Below are positions 10,604 to 21,195 of a stretch of 64,000 bases of DNA, piece by piece. The translations under genes and the position numbers were made by a program. The stretch is from Azolla caroliniana (lineage: Eukaryota > Plantae > Polypodiophyta), in contig JBHGNT010000010.1 of assembly GCA_043228905.1 (NCBI GenBank), positions 18,414,001 to 18,478,000 on the forward strand, in the 5' to 3' direction. The notes below the pieces were generated by a model. That model was not told where the DNA came from, made no database searches, and worked only from the letters and a program-made list of their open reading frames with translations. How positions within the stretch are numbered: position 1 is the first letter of the stretch; every line of letters starts with the position of its first letter.

Positions 10604-13600
10604 TCATTCCCCGCCCGTCGGTTCTTCTTCGGTTTCGGATCGTTCGTCGTCCCGGTCCAGGTTATCCGGATCCGGCTCGTCGTCGTGACGCTTCTTGAAC
10701 GCTTTGATCCGCTTCCCAGCTACCGGTATCGCCATTCTCGTGCCGTCGAGTTCCGCCAGATGGTACGTCCCGTTGTCGTTGGCGCTTTGTACCACGTAAG
10801 GCCCGAACCACCTTCTTGCGAACTTCCGTGTCGCTCGGTGCTGGTTGTCGAGGCTGCTGTCGTAGACTAGCACCCAGTCGCCTTCCTCGATCTTCTTCGG
10901 TCAGAGCCGATGCGTCCGATCGAACCGGGTTTTGTTCCTCATCCTGGCCACCCGAAGCCTTTCCGCAGCCTGCTCCATGTCCTCCGGTCTTCGCTCGAGC
11001 TGTCGTATGCGCGCCGTCAACAGCTCCTCCCGGCTCATCTCGTCTCTCCAGTCCACGGTTGCCCATGAGGAGATCGTACGTTCCATCGGCATGATCGGCT
11101 TCTGCCCAAACATCAGCTCTGCCGGCATGAATCCGGTTACCGAACTATGCGTAGTTCGGTCAGCCCACAACGCGTAAGGCAGCAGCCGCGGCCAGTTCCC
11201 GACTTGCCCCCCACATGCCCGAACTAATGCCTTGACGATCGGTCCGTGTCCGCGCTCCACCTTCCCATTCGCCTCCGGATTGTACGCAGTGGTAAGCGAG
11301 AGCTTGACTCCTAGCCGGTCGAACAGCTCCTCCGCCTCTTCGGCGTCCAACTCCCCGCGATCAGCCACGATCTTCCCGACGCACCCGTACCGGCATATCA
11401 CGTCCTCTATCAGGAACCGACATACGGCCGCGGTCGTTTTGTTCTGAAGGGCTCAGCCTTCCACCTGGTTCGTCAGATCTTCCCGAGCCAGGACCAGATA
11501 CCGCATCTGTCCTACGCCCATCGGCATCGTCACCAGATCTACCATCCATTTGAAGTGGACAGTCGGAGGGTACGTAGGGTGAAGCTCGTCCCGATGCCGA
11601 ACTATGAAGTGCATCTGGCAGCTCTCGCAAGTTGTCACGAACCGATGCACGTCCTGGTACAGTCCCGGCCACCAGTCCTTCCCCTTTATCTTCTTGAACA
11701 TGGCCCACGTTCCACGGTGACCAGCCCAAGGGCTGTCGTGGTAAGCCGTCAGCAGCTCCTCCTGTTCTTCCTTCATCGCCACCACCCGGAGCGGGACGTC
11801 GTTCCTCTTCTTCGGGTGCTTCCATAAGTATCCGTCCCGGAGAAAGAATCGGTAAGCTTTCTTCCGGATCTGGTTGGCCTCGTCCTTCGTCCATGACGCA
11901 TCCGGCGTCATTGTCCTCAGAAACCCACCGATCTGCAGCCACTCATCGTCGTACTTGCTCTCGTCGAAGCCGTTAAGTGCCGGAGTGCTCGCCCCATCGG
12001 TCGTTACGTACGCCGCCTCGAAGAAGTCCACGCCGACTTCTTCGTCCTCCGAAACCATGCCACCCTCGTCATCAAACCTCGCCCTTGAAAGCATGTCGGC
12101 CATGGCATTGTCTTTTCCGGAAATGTGTCGTATTTCCGGGTCCAGGGACTTGATGTACGCTATCCACCTGAGCATCGCCAGGTCCGGTGTCGCGCATCCG
12201 GAAACCATGCCGAGAATTGGCAGGCAATCCGTCTCGATAATCACTTCCGTCCCGATCAGGTAGTCTTTGTCGGCCTTTACTGCCGAAACAATACCCCAGA
12301 GTTCGCGTTTAACCTGGGCGTACCCTCCCTGTCGTTCACTGAGGACCTTTGCGCCGAATCGGATCGGGAACCGAATGCCGTCCCCGTCTTCTTGGTTGAC
12401 GACCCATCCGATCCCGGTCGGACTCGTATCCACCGTTATGTATACCGGGGTACCCTTCTCGTAGATAGCCTTCCGGAGCGCCGGTGCTGCCGCAAGAGCT
12501 TCCTTCAGCTTCCGAACCGACTCCGTGTGCTCGTCTCGCCACTCGAATTTTCGCCCTTTCTTCAGCAACCCGTATAGCGGCTCCACAACGTGGGCGTAAT
12601 GCTGGATCCATATGTGGTAGAATGCGCACGCCCCCAGGAACCTCCGAACTTCCGTAACCGAGCTACAGTCGGTCTTCATCGCGGAGATGGCTTCTACCTT
12701 TGCCGGAGACGGCTTCCGGCCATACGGTCCACACAGGTGTCCGACCACCAGGATTTCTGATTGCCCGAAGGCCGATTTCTCCCCGGAGAAGGTGAGCCTC
12801 GCATCCTCTAGCCTTTGTAGCACCTTCTCGCAGTCGTCGATGTGTGTTGCCACGAATCGCCGGCATCCGTCCGGCCCGACTGTCTCGTCCTTCTCTTCCA
12901 CCGGGCACCCCTTTATCGGGATGTCGTCCAAAAATGGCATGTGATGTCCAGGATGCAATTCCTTAAAACCTTGTTCATTGCATTCACCATGTGGGCCACC
13001 GAGTTGGTCCCTCCTTGTGGCAGGGTACACATTCGCACTAGGCCGAGGGGAGTTCGCATCGTCGTAATGTCTCTACTCTCCACGGCTAGCTGGAACTGGT
13101 CGTACCCCGAGTACAGATCACCGACCGAGTAAATCGACCTTCCGGCGAAGGCCTCCGCGAACTCGTCTATGGTCGGTCCGATCCCTGCGTTCCGAATGGT
13201 CACTCTGTTGACCGGCTGCAGGTCTTGAATGAAGCGCAATGTTCCGTTTTTCTTTGGTACGGTAAACCATCGGTTCGAGTATGGCGCGCTCGACAGTTCG
13301 AGAATACCCATATCGACTTTCTGCCTCAATAGCTCCATCAACTCCGGGATGTGAGATTCCACGGCACATGCGGTACCGCGAATATCACCATCGGCTCCAC
13401 GATTGTCGGGTCTACGCACCCGATCTCTTCCGGCGAAAATGCGAAGGCTTCCCCGTGCCTTCCGAGCATTCTCCGAAACCGGTCTTCCTCCGCCGGCAGT
13501 AGGAAACCGCCCCCACCGATCTTGAGCTCCCGGAGCGTCCTGTCAGTGAAGGTGTGTCCTATGCAGGCTGGATCTCGTAAACTGGGGTCCGACACAACCC

Positions 13601-14051
13601 CTCTGATTCGGGACTCGCTGCCCTCCGGTAAGGGTGCCGCGACTGGCCTAACCTTCCGGTCCACAGTCTTGTACTTCGTGCTAACTCGGGCCGTCCGATC
13701 CGACCCGAGCCCCCGACTGAAGTTCGCGATGACTTCGTACATCTCTTCGGAACATACCGGTATCGTCCGGTCTTCGCTAAGGTCTTCTCCGGCTACCTTC
13801 CTCAGCATTCCCAAGGTGTCGTCGAAGCAGACCGCCTCCACGGCTCCGCTGATTTCCTCGTCCAGGCCAAGAACTCCGCACGCTCGAAGTTGCACTTCCG
13901 CCCTTGTCTTTTCTCGGCCGACGATGCCGACTATCATACACCCTCCGTTGTTGGAGAAGCAAAATTTCCTACCTATCGTACAGTCGTGGGGTCTTTTCCG
14001 AGTGTTCGGGCTGTCTCGGCCCCACGCCTTGGCAGCCCTCTCTAAAAATCC
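10604..14051 (-). pseudogene. Element C pol (RT-RH-IN) with a few stops and frameshifts
   Basis: ORFs 13338-14192, 12913-13419, 11453-13030, 10901-11401 and 10604-10873 tile RT (FLDDI), RH and IN (WFGPY). Confidence 0.93.
13985..14051 (-). promoter_or_regulatory. Putative -1 frameshift signal of element C
   Basis: Minus strand: G GAT TTT TAG (gag-pro stop), 6-nt spacer, stem GGGCTG/CAGCCC, loop CGTGGGG pairing with downstream CCCCACG. Confidence 0.78.
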
Positions 14052-14701
14052 TCCCGGTTCTCGCCACCGAGGGATTCGCGGTTTCTCTCGTGGTTCGGCC
14101 GCACCGTCAGAAATTGGACCGAATGGCGCCCGTCCTGGCTTTTGACCCTCGCGTAGGCCGAACCGTTGTCTAGCACCTTGGTCTCCATCCACGCCGCTGT
14201 GATGTATGGTTCCCCTAATATGACTGGGTGCGAGGACGTCTCCTGTACGAAGAAGTGCTGATCAATCTCGACGTCACCGATCTTGACTCGTACGTTCGGG
14301 CAGGCCCCATGCAATTCCTCGGTGGTGCGCGTCGCCGCCCGTATCATCCACCCGTGCTTGGTGTTGATCGGCCACTTCCCCTTCTTATAGAAGTCTATGG
14401 ACATCAGGTTTATTTCCGAACCGTGGTCCACCAATGCCACCACCGGTTCCTGAACATCTCCGATCTTTACCGGGGTCTCCGTGGTCGCTCGGGCCCAGTG
14501 TGGCCTCGAATAGTGGCTCTCCGCCCACTCGTCTTCCATCGCCATGTCATCGATGTGCATCGTCCACACCTCCACTGGTCTTTCCGGTTCCGTCTCCGTC
14601 GACAGCCTCTTCCGTTTCACCAGGTCCACAATGACAGCTCCACTTTGTTGTCGAGGATCCGTTCTTCTAGGACCTTTCGTAGGTCCATAGTCCTTTCTAT
14701 T
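14042..14701 (-). pseudogene. Element C gag-pro, 3' segment (protease)
   Basis: ALVDHGSEINLMS...ENREDF*. Upstream parts lie at 24743-25163 and 30645-31644. Confidence 0.9.
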
Positions 14702-15073
14702 TGTTGGCCGGTCAGAGAAGGCAAATGGGAAAGCAAGGTCGGATCGGATAAATATAGAAATAGGAATAGAATTATTAGGAGGGACGGATCCGGTAGTTGT
14801 AACCGATCCGGATCCGAACCGATTCGGTTTCGGTTAACGGTTGCCTACCGAGCACCGATTGTAATCTGGCCGGATGCCTATAAAAAGGATCCGATGTTTT
14901 GTAATGAAAGCACGAAGAATTAATATAGTTTTGCTTATGCTGATTCATCTTGTCTTCGTCTGTGCTTAAGTGTAATTATCATACGCGTGTATTAACATCC
15001 TATCCCTACCACCCCTTTGGAGAAGTGTCGGATAGACACCTGTGTTGCGGCTAGTCCAGCCATACATACAACA
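14702..15073 (+). repeat. 5' LTR of element D
   Basis: Matches 24366-24737; TATAAAA near 14879. Confidence 0.96.
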
Positions 15074-15079
15074 CTATTT

Positions 15080-15089
15080 TGGCGACCAC
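15080..15089 (+). promoter_or_regulatory. PBS of element D, probably tRNA-Arg
   Basis: TGGCGACCAC, complementary to a plant tRNA-Arg 3' end (...GUGGUCGCCA) as I recall it; 6 nt after the LTR. Confidence 0.65.
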
Positions 15090-15125
15090 GATTCCTGCAG
15101 AGTGCAGAGGACAACCGGGGGATGG

Positions 15126-18100
15126 ATGTCTAGACAAAATAACGACCACATCACCGAAAGAGGGAGACGCCACGCCGAACGGCAGCGACGACGGGAAGCC
15201 TTGCAGCAAGCCGTCGACGAGATCCGGAGCGATCGGTCATTCTCAACAACGCTTCGGCAAATCGCAGAAAACGCACTGCAGTTCCAAGTTCTACAAGCTT
15301 CCGACGAAGGCAGTAGCATAACCAGCCTCCAAGAAGCGGAGACACTACTACAGACTCTCGCTGGCGGCGACGGGGACGCAGCGGCATTTGCAACATTAGA
15401 GGCGGATTCGGATAGCGGGGAAAGCGTGGGATCCCGCTATAAAAGCAGACACGGGAACAACCCCTTTGAGTCGGATCACTCAGCAACATCGGAGCCAGAG
15501 GAGGAACTAACTCTGGAGTTCGGTGACCGGCAATCGCCGAGGAGGGAGGAGCGGATACCAACACCACCCGCGGAGGAACCGCAGGAGCGGATACCAACAC
15601 CACCCGCGGAGGAACCGCAGGAGCGGATACCAACACCACCTGCGGAGGAACCGCAGGAGCGGAGACCGACATCGGAGGAACCAGCGCAGGAGAATCAGTG
15701 GGACGACACGATGCCGTATCCGTACCCAAAGTATCGGGATGAGCCCGACGGAGAGGCACATGTGTATGCATTCCTGCGAACATGGGAAGCCAACCACGTG
15801 TCCCAGAGACTGACGGAGGCCGAGGCCGACCGATCCAAAGTCGCCGAATTCGGCATGACATTAGAAGGACCGGCGGCCCGGTGGCACGACAAGCACTTAC
15901 CAGGCAGCTTCGCCACGTTCGAGGCATTGAAAACCCAGTTTTTACGCTTGTTTCATAGACGAGTGGAACAAAGGGAATTGGTCGGACAATTCTACACCAC
16001 TCGGCAGGGAGAAAACGAGACGGTCCCACAATTTATCGTTCGTTTCCAGACCTTGCACAGTCAATTAGCAAGAGCACCACCCGAAGAGGAGGCCAAGGCC
16101 GTCTTTTTGGCTGCGTTAAAAGACCCACTTCGAGCGATGTGTGGAATCATCGATTTCAGCACCAGCACAATGGACCAAGTCATTGATCGGGTCCTGGAAA
16201 TGGACACCACGAGCCCCTTCTTGCCGATGGGGGCGTTACACCAGGCGCTTCCGAAGGAGGAGGATCTCCGGTTCCGACAAGCCCTACAATGCACAACATG
16301 CCTAAATTCGGGGCACTCGACCGTCGACTGCACCCTGCGTGCACAGTGCATGATATGCAATTCTCGCGCCCACACAACGAACCAATGCGAGTATAACCTG
16401 TTAACTCGACAAGCGGCACCGGTCCGACACATTGAACCGCGCAATCGGGACCCGGAAGAGAATCGATTCCGGAGGGACGACCGCTACCGACGAGAACGCG
16501 GCGACAGATACCCCGATAGAAGACGCGACAGCTATGACCGAGAGGAGAACCGAAGGGATAGCCACCCCCGGGACCGGTACGACCGAGACGAATCCCCGGA
16601 ATACGAGCGACGAAGAGAAGAAAGGCGGCCAGGAAACCGGAATTTCCAACGGAACCAAAGGCGTGGATTCTTCCGTAGAGAGGAGCGTCGGGAGGCAACA
16701 AAGAATGACAAACCAGTAGCGGCACCGGAGAACCGAAAAACCGAGGACAACCGCCGGGGAATGCCCCTTCCCCAAACATGGGAAAAAGGAGAATCCAGCA
16801 ACACGCACAGGGTGTATTGTTATTACTGCCGAAAAGAAGGGCATTACAGTAATCAATGCCCAAGCAAAACAGCCGACAAGCAGCCAGCAGTCAACATGGT
16901 GACAGCCGACGTACAGCAGGTTATCACGCGGTCGAAAGGGAAGGCCGCCGAATGGGAAGCCCAGGAAGCAATCAGAAAACAAGCGGCACAATGGATCAAA
17001 GAAGCCAACGAACAAGGTGCGGCGGAAGTAAGAAACCAAAATATGCCAAGGGAGGAAGAAATCGTACAGCCAGGAGAAAACCCGACATGGCAAGCACTAC
17101 AAGATTGTCAGATCGTGCTGCCGTTGGCACGGTTACTGCAGTTGGTGCCGCGGTTCACAGCAGACTTACAAGCCGCCGTAAGCAAACCGACGCCGACGCC
17201 GGCACCGGCATTTTTCTCCAACCCGGAGGAAGGCCCAGCGGTGGTTGATACCAGTAGCCCAGCAATCACGACAATCGTCAAAGGAAAGGAGATTCCAGGA
17301 ACAATTATTGACGGAGGCTCCGGGGTGAACGTCATTAGTCGACAGACATGCGACGACCTAGGCATCCAGGAGTGGGAACCATGCCCCTTCTGGTTACGCA
17401 TGGCGGATACAAGCTCAGTCCGACCAACTGGTCTTATCCGGGACTTGGAAGTAACAATAGGAGGCCACGTATTCCGAATATCGGCCGTGGTACTAGAGCT
17501 GAATGTACAAGGCGCATATCCCCTACTGTTAGGACGACCATGGCTGCGAACGGCGCATATCAAGCAAAATTGGCAAAAGAATATGATCACGTTCCGACGA
17601 GGGAAAACAAAGGTACGGGTAGCCACGCAACCACGGGTGCTCACTAGCAAGGAGGCAACCCCTTTATATGCCGAAAGCATCAACATGTTGGAGGGCTTAC
17701 CGGATGAAGAAATTGATCGGTACCTCGAGGAACACCCACAGATCGTTCCACTTTTTGAGGTGGATATCACGGCAGCAGTAGAGCCGTACATCACAATGCC
17801 GGACGAGCCGGACAAAGTGGCGATCCGGGAACTACGCCAAGCACAGGAAGCCCTAGAAAGAGAAATGACGATATCCCAAAGGGTGAAAGCATCCCAGCTG
17901 GAAGAGGTGGACCTCGGCACAACAGAACAACCCCGACCGGTAAAAGTCGCGAAGGAATTGCCGAAGGAGGAAAAACAGGCAATGGTAGCACTGTTAACGG
18001 ATTTCAAGGACGTGTTCGCATGGTCATACGAAGACATGCGAGGGTTGGACCCCCAGCTCTACCAGCACCAAATTCATCTAAGTACTGACGCGAAGCCCAT

Positions 18101-20837
18101 CGCTCAACGTCGGTACCGGATGAATCCAAACTATGCGGCAAAGGTGAAGGAGGAAATTGACAAGCTTCTCCGGGTCGGATTTATCCGACCAGTCAAGCAG
18201 GCAACCTGGCTAAGCCCGATAGTGGTGGTCCCGAAAAAGAACGGCAAAATCCGGGTATGTGTGGACTACAGGAAACTAAATGCCGCGACAGTGACCGACG
18301 CTTTTCCACTACCATTCACGGACGGAGTGCTAGATGCGGTGGCCGGCCACGATGTTTACAGCTTCCTGGACGGATTCAGCGGCTACAACCAAATCCGAAT
18401 GAACCCGGCCGACCAAGAAAAAACAGCGTTCGTGACGGAATGGGGAGTGTTCGTCGCGGTCGTGATGATGTTCGGATTAAAGACAGCCCCTGCAACATTT
18501 CAAAGGATAATTATGGAAATCTTCGGTGATTTTATTCCCGGTTTTATGCAGGTCTTCCTAGACGATTTCGCCGTCTACAGCCGACACGGAGAGCATTTCG
18601 ATCACCTACGACTATGCTTAGAAAAGTGCCGCGAGTACCGATTAAGTCTGAACCCGGCGAAGTGCGTCTTTGGAGTCGCCAGCGGCAATTTGTTAGGCCA
18701 CGTGGTGAGTCGAGAAGGAATCGCGGTAGATCCGGATAAGGTAAAAGCAATTCTCGACGCACCGGCACCGAATAGCGCAAAAGCTTTAAGCCGATTCCTT
18801 GGTCAAATAAGGTGGCATAGTCGGATGGTACGGCACCTTGCCGACTTTGCGACACCATTGCACGCTGCTGTACATAGAGTACCTTTCCAATGGACAGAAA
18901 TGGAGGAGGCAGCCTACCAAGCGTTGAAGGTCATGCTGTCACAAGCCCCGGTGGTGCAGCCGCCGGACTGGAGTAAAAGCTTTCACGTCTTCGTCGACGC
19001 GTCGGACGTAGCAATCGGCAGTGTTTTGATGCAACTCACGGAACCGAAATGGTATCGGCCGGTGTACTACGCAAGCAGGAAACTCTCGAAAGCCGAACGG
19101 AACTACTCTACAACGGAACGAGAGGCATTAGGAATGGTGTACAGTGTCACAAAGTACAGGCACTATCTGCTCGGACGAAAGTTCTCCTTCCACGTTGACC
19201 ACTCGGCACTACTCTACCTGGTCTCAAAGGCAGCCCTGACAGGAAAACTCGCACGGTGGACGCTGCTATTACAGGAATTCGAATTCGACATTTTCCACCG
19301 ACCCGGGGTGCAGCATGCGGTAGCAGACTACCTGAGCAGACTAGAATCCGGAGAATCAGGGGACGGCGTACAGGATGAATTTCCCGACGCCGAGCTGTTT
19401 AAGGTCACGACGGCACCGGCAACGGAGACCACAGTAGCGGACGAAGACAAATGGTTAACCGAAATGCATCAGTTCCTGAGCACCGGAGTTCCCCCGGAAA
19501 ACTTGGACCGAGACGAACGGAAGAGGATGGCAGTACGGAGCAGACATTTCTGCTTGGTAGGAGACACCCTCTATCACAAGGGGGCAGATGGCGTATGGAG
19601 ACGAGCAGTGCGGAGCGATGAAAAGGATCTGATCCTGAGGGAAGCCCACTGTGGAATTGCAGGCGGGCATTATGCCGGCGAAACAACAGCCCGGAAGATA
19701 TGGCAGAGCGGACTATGGTGGCCTACTACCATGAGAGATGCCGTTAAGTATAGCAGGGAATGCGACCTCTGTCAACGACTGGGCCAACCCACGGAGCAGG
19801 CCCGGATGCCACATCACCCGGTCTTGCCATTAGAACCATTCCAAAAGTGGGGCTTGGACTTTGTCGGCCCCTTTAAGCCACCGGCAATGCGGACCGGAAA
19901 TCGGTATATAATAGTGGCTACCGACTACTGCACCAAATGGGTAGAAGCAAAGGCACTACGGGACAACACGGCAGCATCCACGGCCAAATTTTTATATGAA
20001 TGCATATGGTGTCGGTACGGATGCCCGATTGAGCTGATCAGTGACCAGGGAGGACATTTCCTCGGACAGGTGGTGGAAAGTTTGACGTCATTCTATGCGG
20101 TAGTACACAAACGAAGCACTCCCTACTACCCTCAAGCCAACGGATTAGCGGAATCAACAAACAAAACGCTACAGAACATCCTTAGAAAAATCGTCAATGA
20201 GAACCGGACCGACTGGGACACGAAGTTGCAGAGCGTGCTGTGGGCGTACCGAACGGCGTACAAGACTAGCATCCGGACGACCCCGTTCCGACTGGCATTC
20301 GGCTTGGAAGCAGTCATGCCAGTAGAATTCCAAATTCCTAGCTTAAGAATACAGGTTAAGGAGCGGTTAAGCGAGAAGGAATCCGAACGAATCCGGCTGA
20401 AGATGCTGTTAGAACTGGAAGAAAATCGAATAGTCAGCCTACTACAGCTAGAACTAGAGCAAAGGAGGAGGAAAGCCTTTGTAGACCGACATCGGCGCGG
20501 TAACGAAAAGGAATTCGAAGTCGGGAAACCAGTATTGCTGTTCCAGACACGGATGGGGAACATGCCGGGGAAATTGCGATTTCGGTGGACCGGACCATTC
20601 TGGATCACAAAGGAGTACAATGGGTCTTACCAGCTCGGGACGTTGTCAGGAGAAGTTGTGGGTAAATGGGCAAATGGGTTTCGCCTAAAACCGTATAAAG
20701 GGCACATGCCAGCTAACCCCTTCAAGCAAAACCCGGAAAACCCGAATTGCGAGGAACCGACACCGACGCGTAACAACGACGAGGAACTGACAACAGTGCA
20801 CACCGACCCGAACATATCGGGGGGAACCGAACAATGA
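15126..20837 (+). CDS. Gag-Pol polyprotein of element D (Gag, three CCHC knuckles, PR, RT, RH, IN)
   Basis: Single frame from ATG 15126: Gag helical domain, three CX2CX4HX4C motifs, IIDGGSGVN (PR), VDYRKLN and FLDDF (RT), VDASD (RH), H..H..CDLC, WGLDFVGP and WTGPF (IN). No chromodomain seen. Confidence 0.96.
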   Translation: MSRQNNDHITERGRRHAERQRRREALQQAVDEIRSDRSFSTTLRQIAENALQFQVLQASDEGSSITSLQEAETLLQTLAGGDGDAAAFATLEADSDSGESVGSRYKSRHGNNPFESDHSATSEPEEELTLEFGDRQSPRREERIPTPPAEEPQERIPTPPAEEPQERIPTPPAEEPQERRPTSEEPAQENQWDDTMPYPYPKYRDEPDGEAHVYAFLRTWEANHVSQRLTEAEADRSKVAEFGMTLEGPAARWHDKHLPGSFATFEALKTQFLRLFHRRVEQRELVGQFYTTRQGENETVPQFIVRFQTLHSQLARAPPEEEAKAVFLAALKDPLRAMCGIIDFSTSTMDQVIDRVLEMDTTSPFLPMGALHQALPKEEDLRFRQALQCTTCLNSGHSTVDCTLRAQCMICNSRAHTTNQCEYNLLTRQAAPVRHIEPRNRDPEENRFRRDDRYRRERGDRYPDRRRDSYDREENRRDSHPRDRYDRDESPEYERRREERRPGNRNFQRNQRRGFFRREERREATKNDKPVAAPENRKTEDNRRGMPLPQTWEKGESSNTHRVYCYYCRKEGHYSNQCPSKTADKQPAVNMVTADVQQVITRSKGKAAEWEAQEAIRKQAAQWIKEANEQGAAEVRNQNMPREEEIVQPGENPTWQALQDCQIVLPLARLLQLVPRFTADLQAAVSKPTPTPAPAFFSNPEEGPAVVDTSSPAITTIVKGKEIPGTIIDGGSGVNVISRQTCDDLGIQEWEPCPFWLRMADTSSVRPTGLIRDLEVTIGGHVFRISAVVLELNVQGAYPLLLGRPWLRTAHIKQNWQKNMITFRRGKTKVRVATQPRVLTSKEATPLYAESINMLEGLPDEEIDRYLEEHPQIVPLFEVDITAAVEPYITMPDEPDKVAIRELRQAQEALEREMTISQRVKASQLEEVDLGTTEQPRPVKVAKELPKEEKQAMVALLTDFKDVFAWSYEDMRGLDPQLYQHQIHLSTDAKPIAQRRYRMNPNYAAKVKEEIDKLLRVGFIRPVKQATWLSPIVVVPKKNGKIRVCVDYRKLNAATVTDAFPLPFTDGVLDAVAGHDVYSFLDGFSGYNQIRMNPADQEKTAFVTEWGVFVAVVMMFGLKTAPATFQRIIMEIFGDFIPGFMQVFLDDFAVYSRHGEHFDHLRLCLEKCREYRLSLNPAKCVFGVASGNLLGHVVSREGIAVDPDKVKAILDAPAPNSAKALSRFLGQIRWHSRMVRHLADFATPLHAAVHRVPFQWTEMEEAAYQALKVMLSQAPVVQPPDWSKSFHVFVDASDVAIGSVLMQLTEPKWYRPVYYASRKLSKAERNYSTTEREALGMVYSVTKYRHYLLGRKFSFHVDHSALLYLVSKAALTGKLARWTLLLQEFEFDIFHRPGVQHAVADYLSRLESGESGDGVQDEFPDAELFKVTTAPATETTVADEDKWLTEMHQFLSTGVPPENLDRDERKRMAVRSRHFCLVGDTLYHKGADGVWRRAVRSDEKDLILREAHCGIAGGHYAGETTARKIWQSGLWWPTTMRDAVKYSRECDLCQRLGQPTEQARMPHHPVLPLEPFQKWGLDFVGPFKPPAMRTGNRYIIVATDYCTKWVEAKALRDNTAASTAKFLYECIWCRYGCPIELISDQGGHFLGQVVESLTSFYAVVHKRSTPYYPQANGLAESTNKTLQNILRKIVNENRTDWDTKLQSVLWAYRTAYKTSIRTTPFRLAFGLEAVMPVEFQIPSLRIQVKERLSEKESERIRLKMLLELEENRIVSLLQLELEQRRRKAFVDRHRRGNEKEFEVGKPVLLFQTRMGNMPGKLRFRWTGPFWITKEYNGSYQLGTLSGEVVGKWANGFRLKPYKGHMPANPFKQNPENPNCEEPTPTRNNDEELTTVHTDPNISGGTEQ
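15547..15665 (+). repeat. 36-bp coding tandem repeat (ERIPTPPAEEPQ x3) in D gag
   Basis: GGAGCGGATACCAACACCACCCGCGGAGGAACCGCA repeated three times. Confidence 0.93.
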
Positions 20838-20848
20838 TGAGGCACAGA

Positions 20849-20855
<7 letters not shown>

Positions 20856-20917
<62 letters not shown>
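20856..20917 (+). repeat. A62 homopolymer, preceded by T7, between pol and ORF2 of D
   Basis: Seen directly, 18 nt after the pol stop codon. Confidence 0.95.
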
Positions 20918-20919
<2 letters not shown>

Positions 20920-21195
20920 ATGACGTGGTGCTACGGTTAGAAATCAATGTAATGAAGGAAGTAGTTACAACCGTCACACGGGTGCACGAGCTATTTAAAG
21001 CGCAGAACGTGGGAGGCCGGTTTACAAGATTTAACACGCGCGGCAATCAAGGAGTCATAATGACAGACACATAGGAGATTCGACACGCGCCAAAGAAGCG
21101 CAGGCATGACACGCGGCAGCAAAGGACAGACATGCGATTCATGACAGAGCATGCGCAGGCGCCATAAATAGGACATACTATTCGAGGCAGAGGAC

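Noticed and set aside
9734-10870. 378-aa plus-strand ORF
   Set aside because: Chance read-through across the B LTR / C LTR junction and antisense integrase; no recognisable domain.
20627-21046. Poly-Phe ORF
   Set aside because: Antisense translation of the A62 tract.
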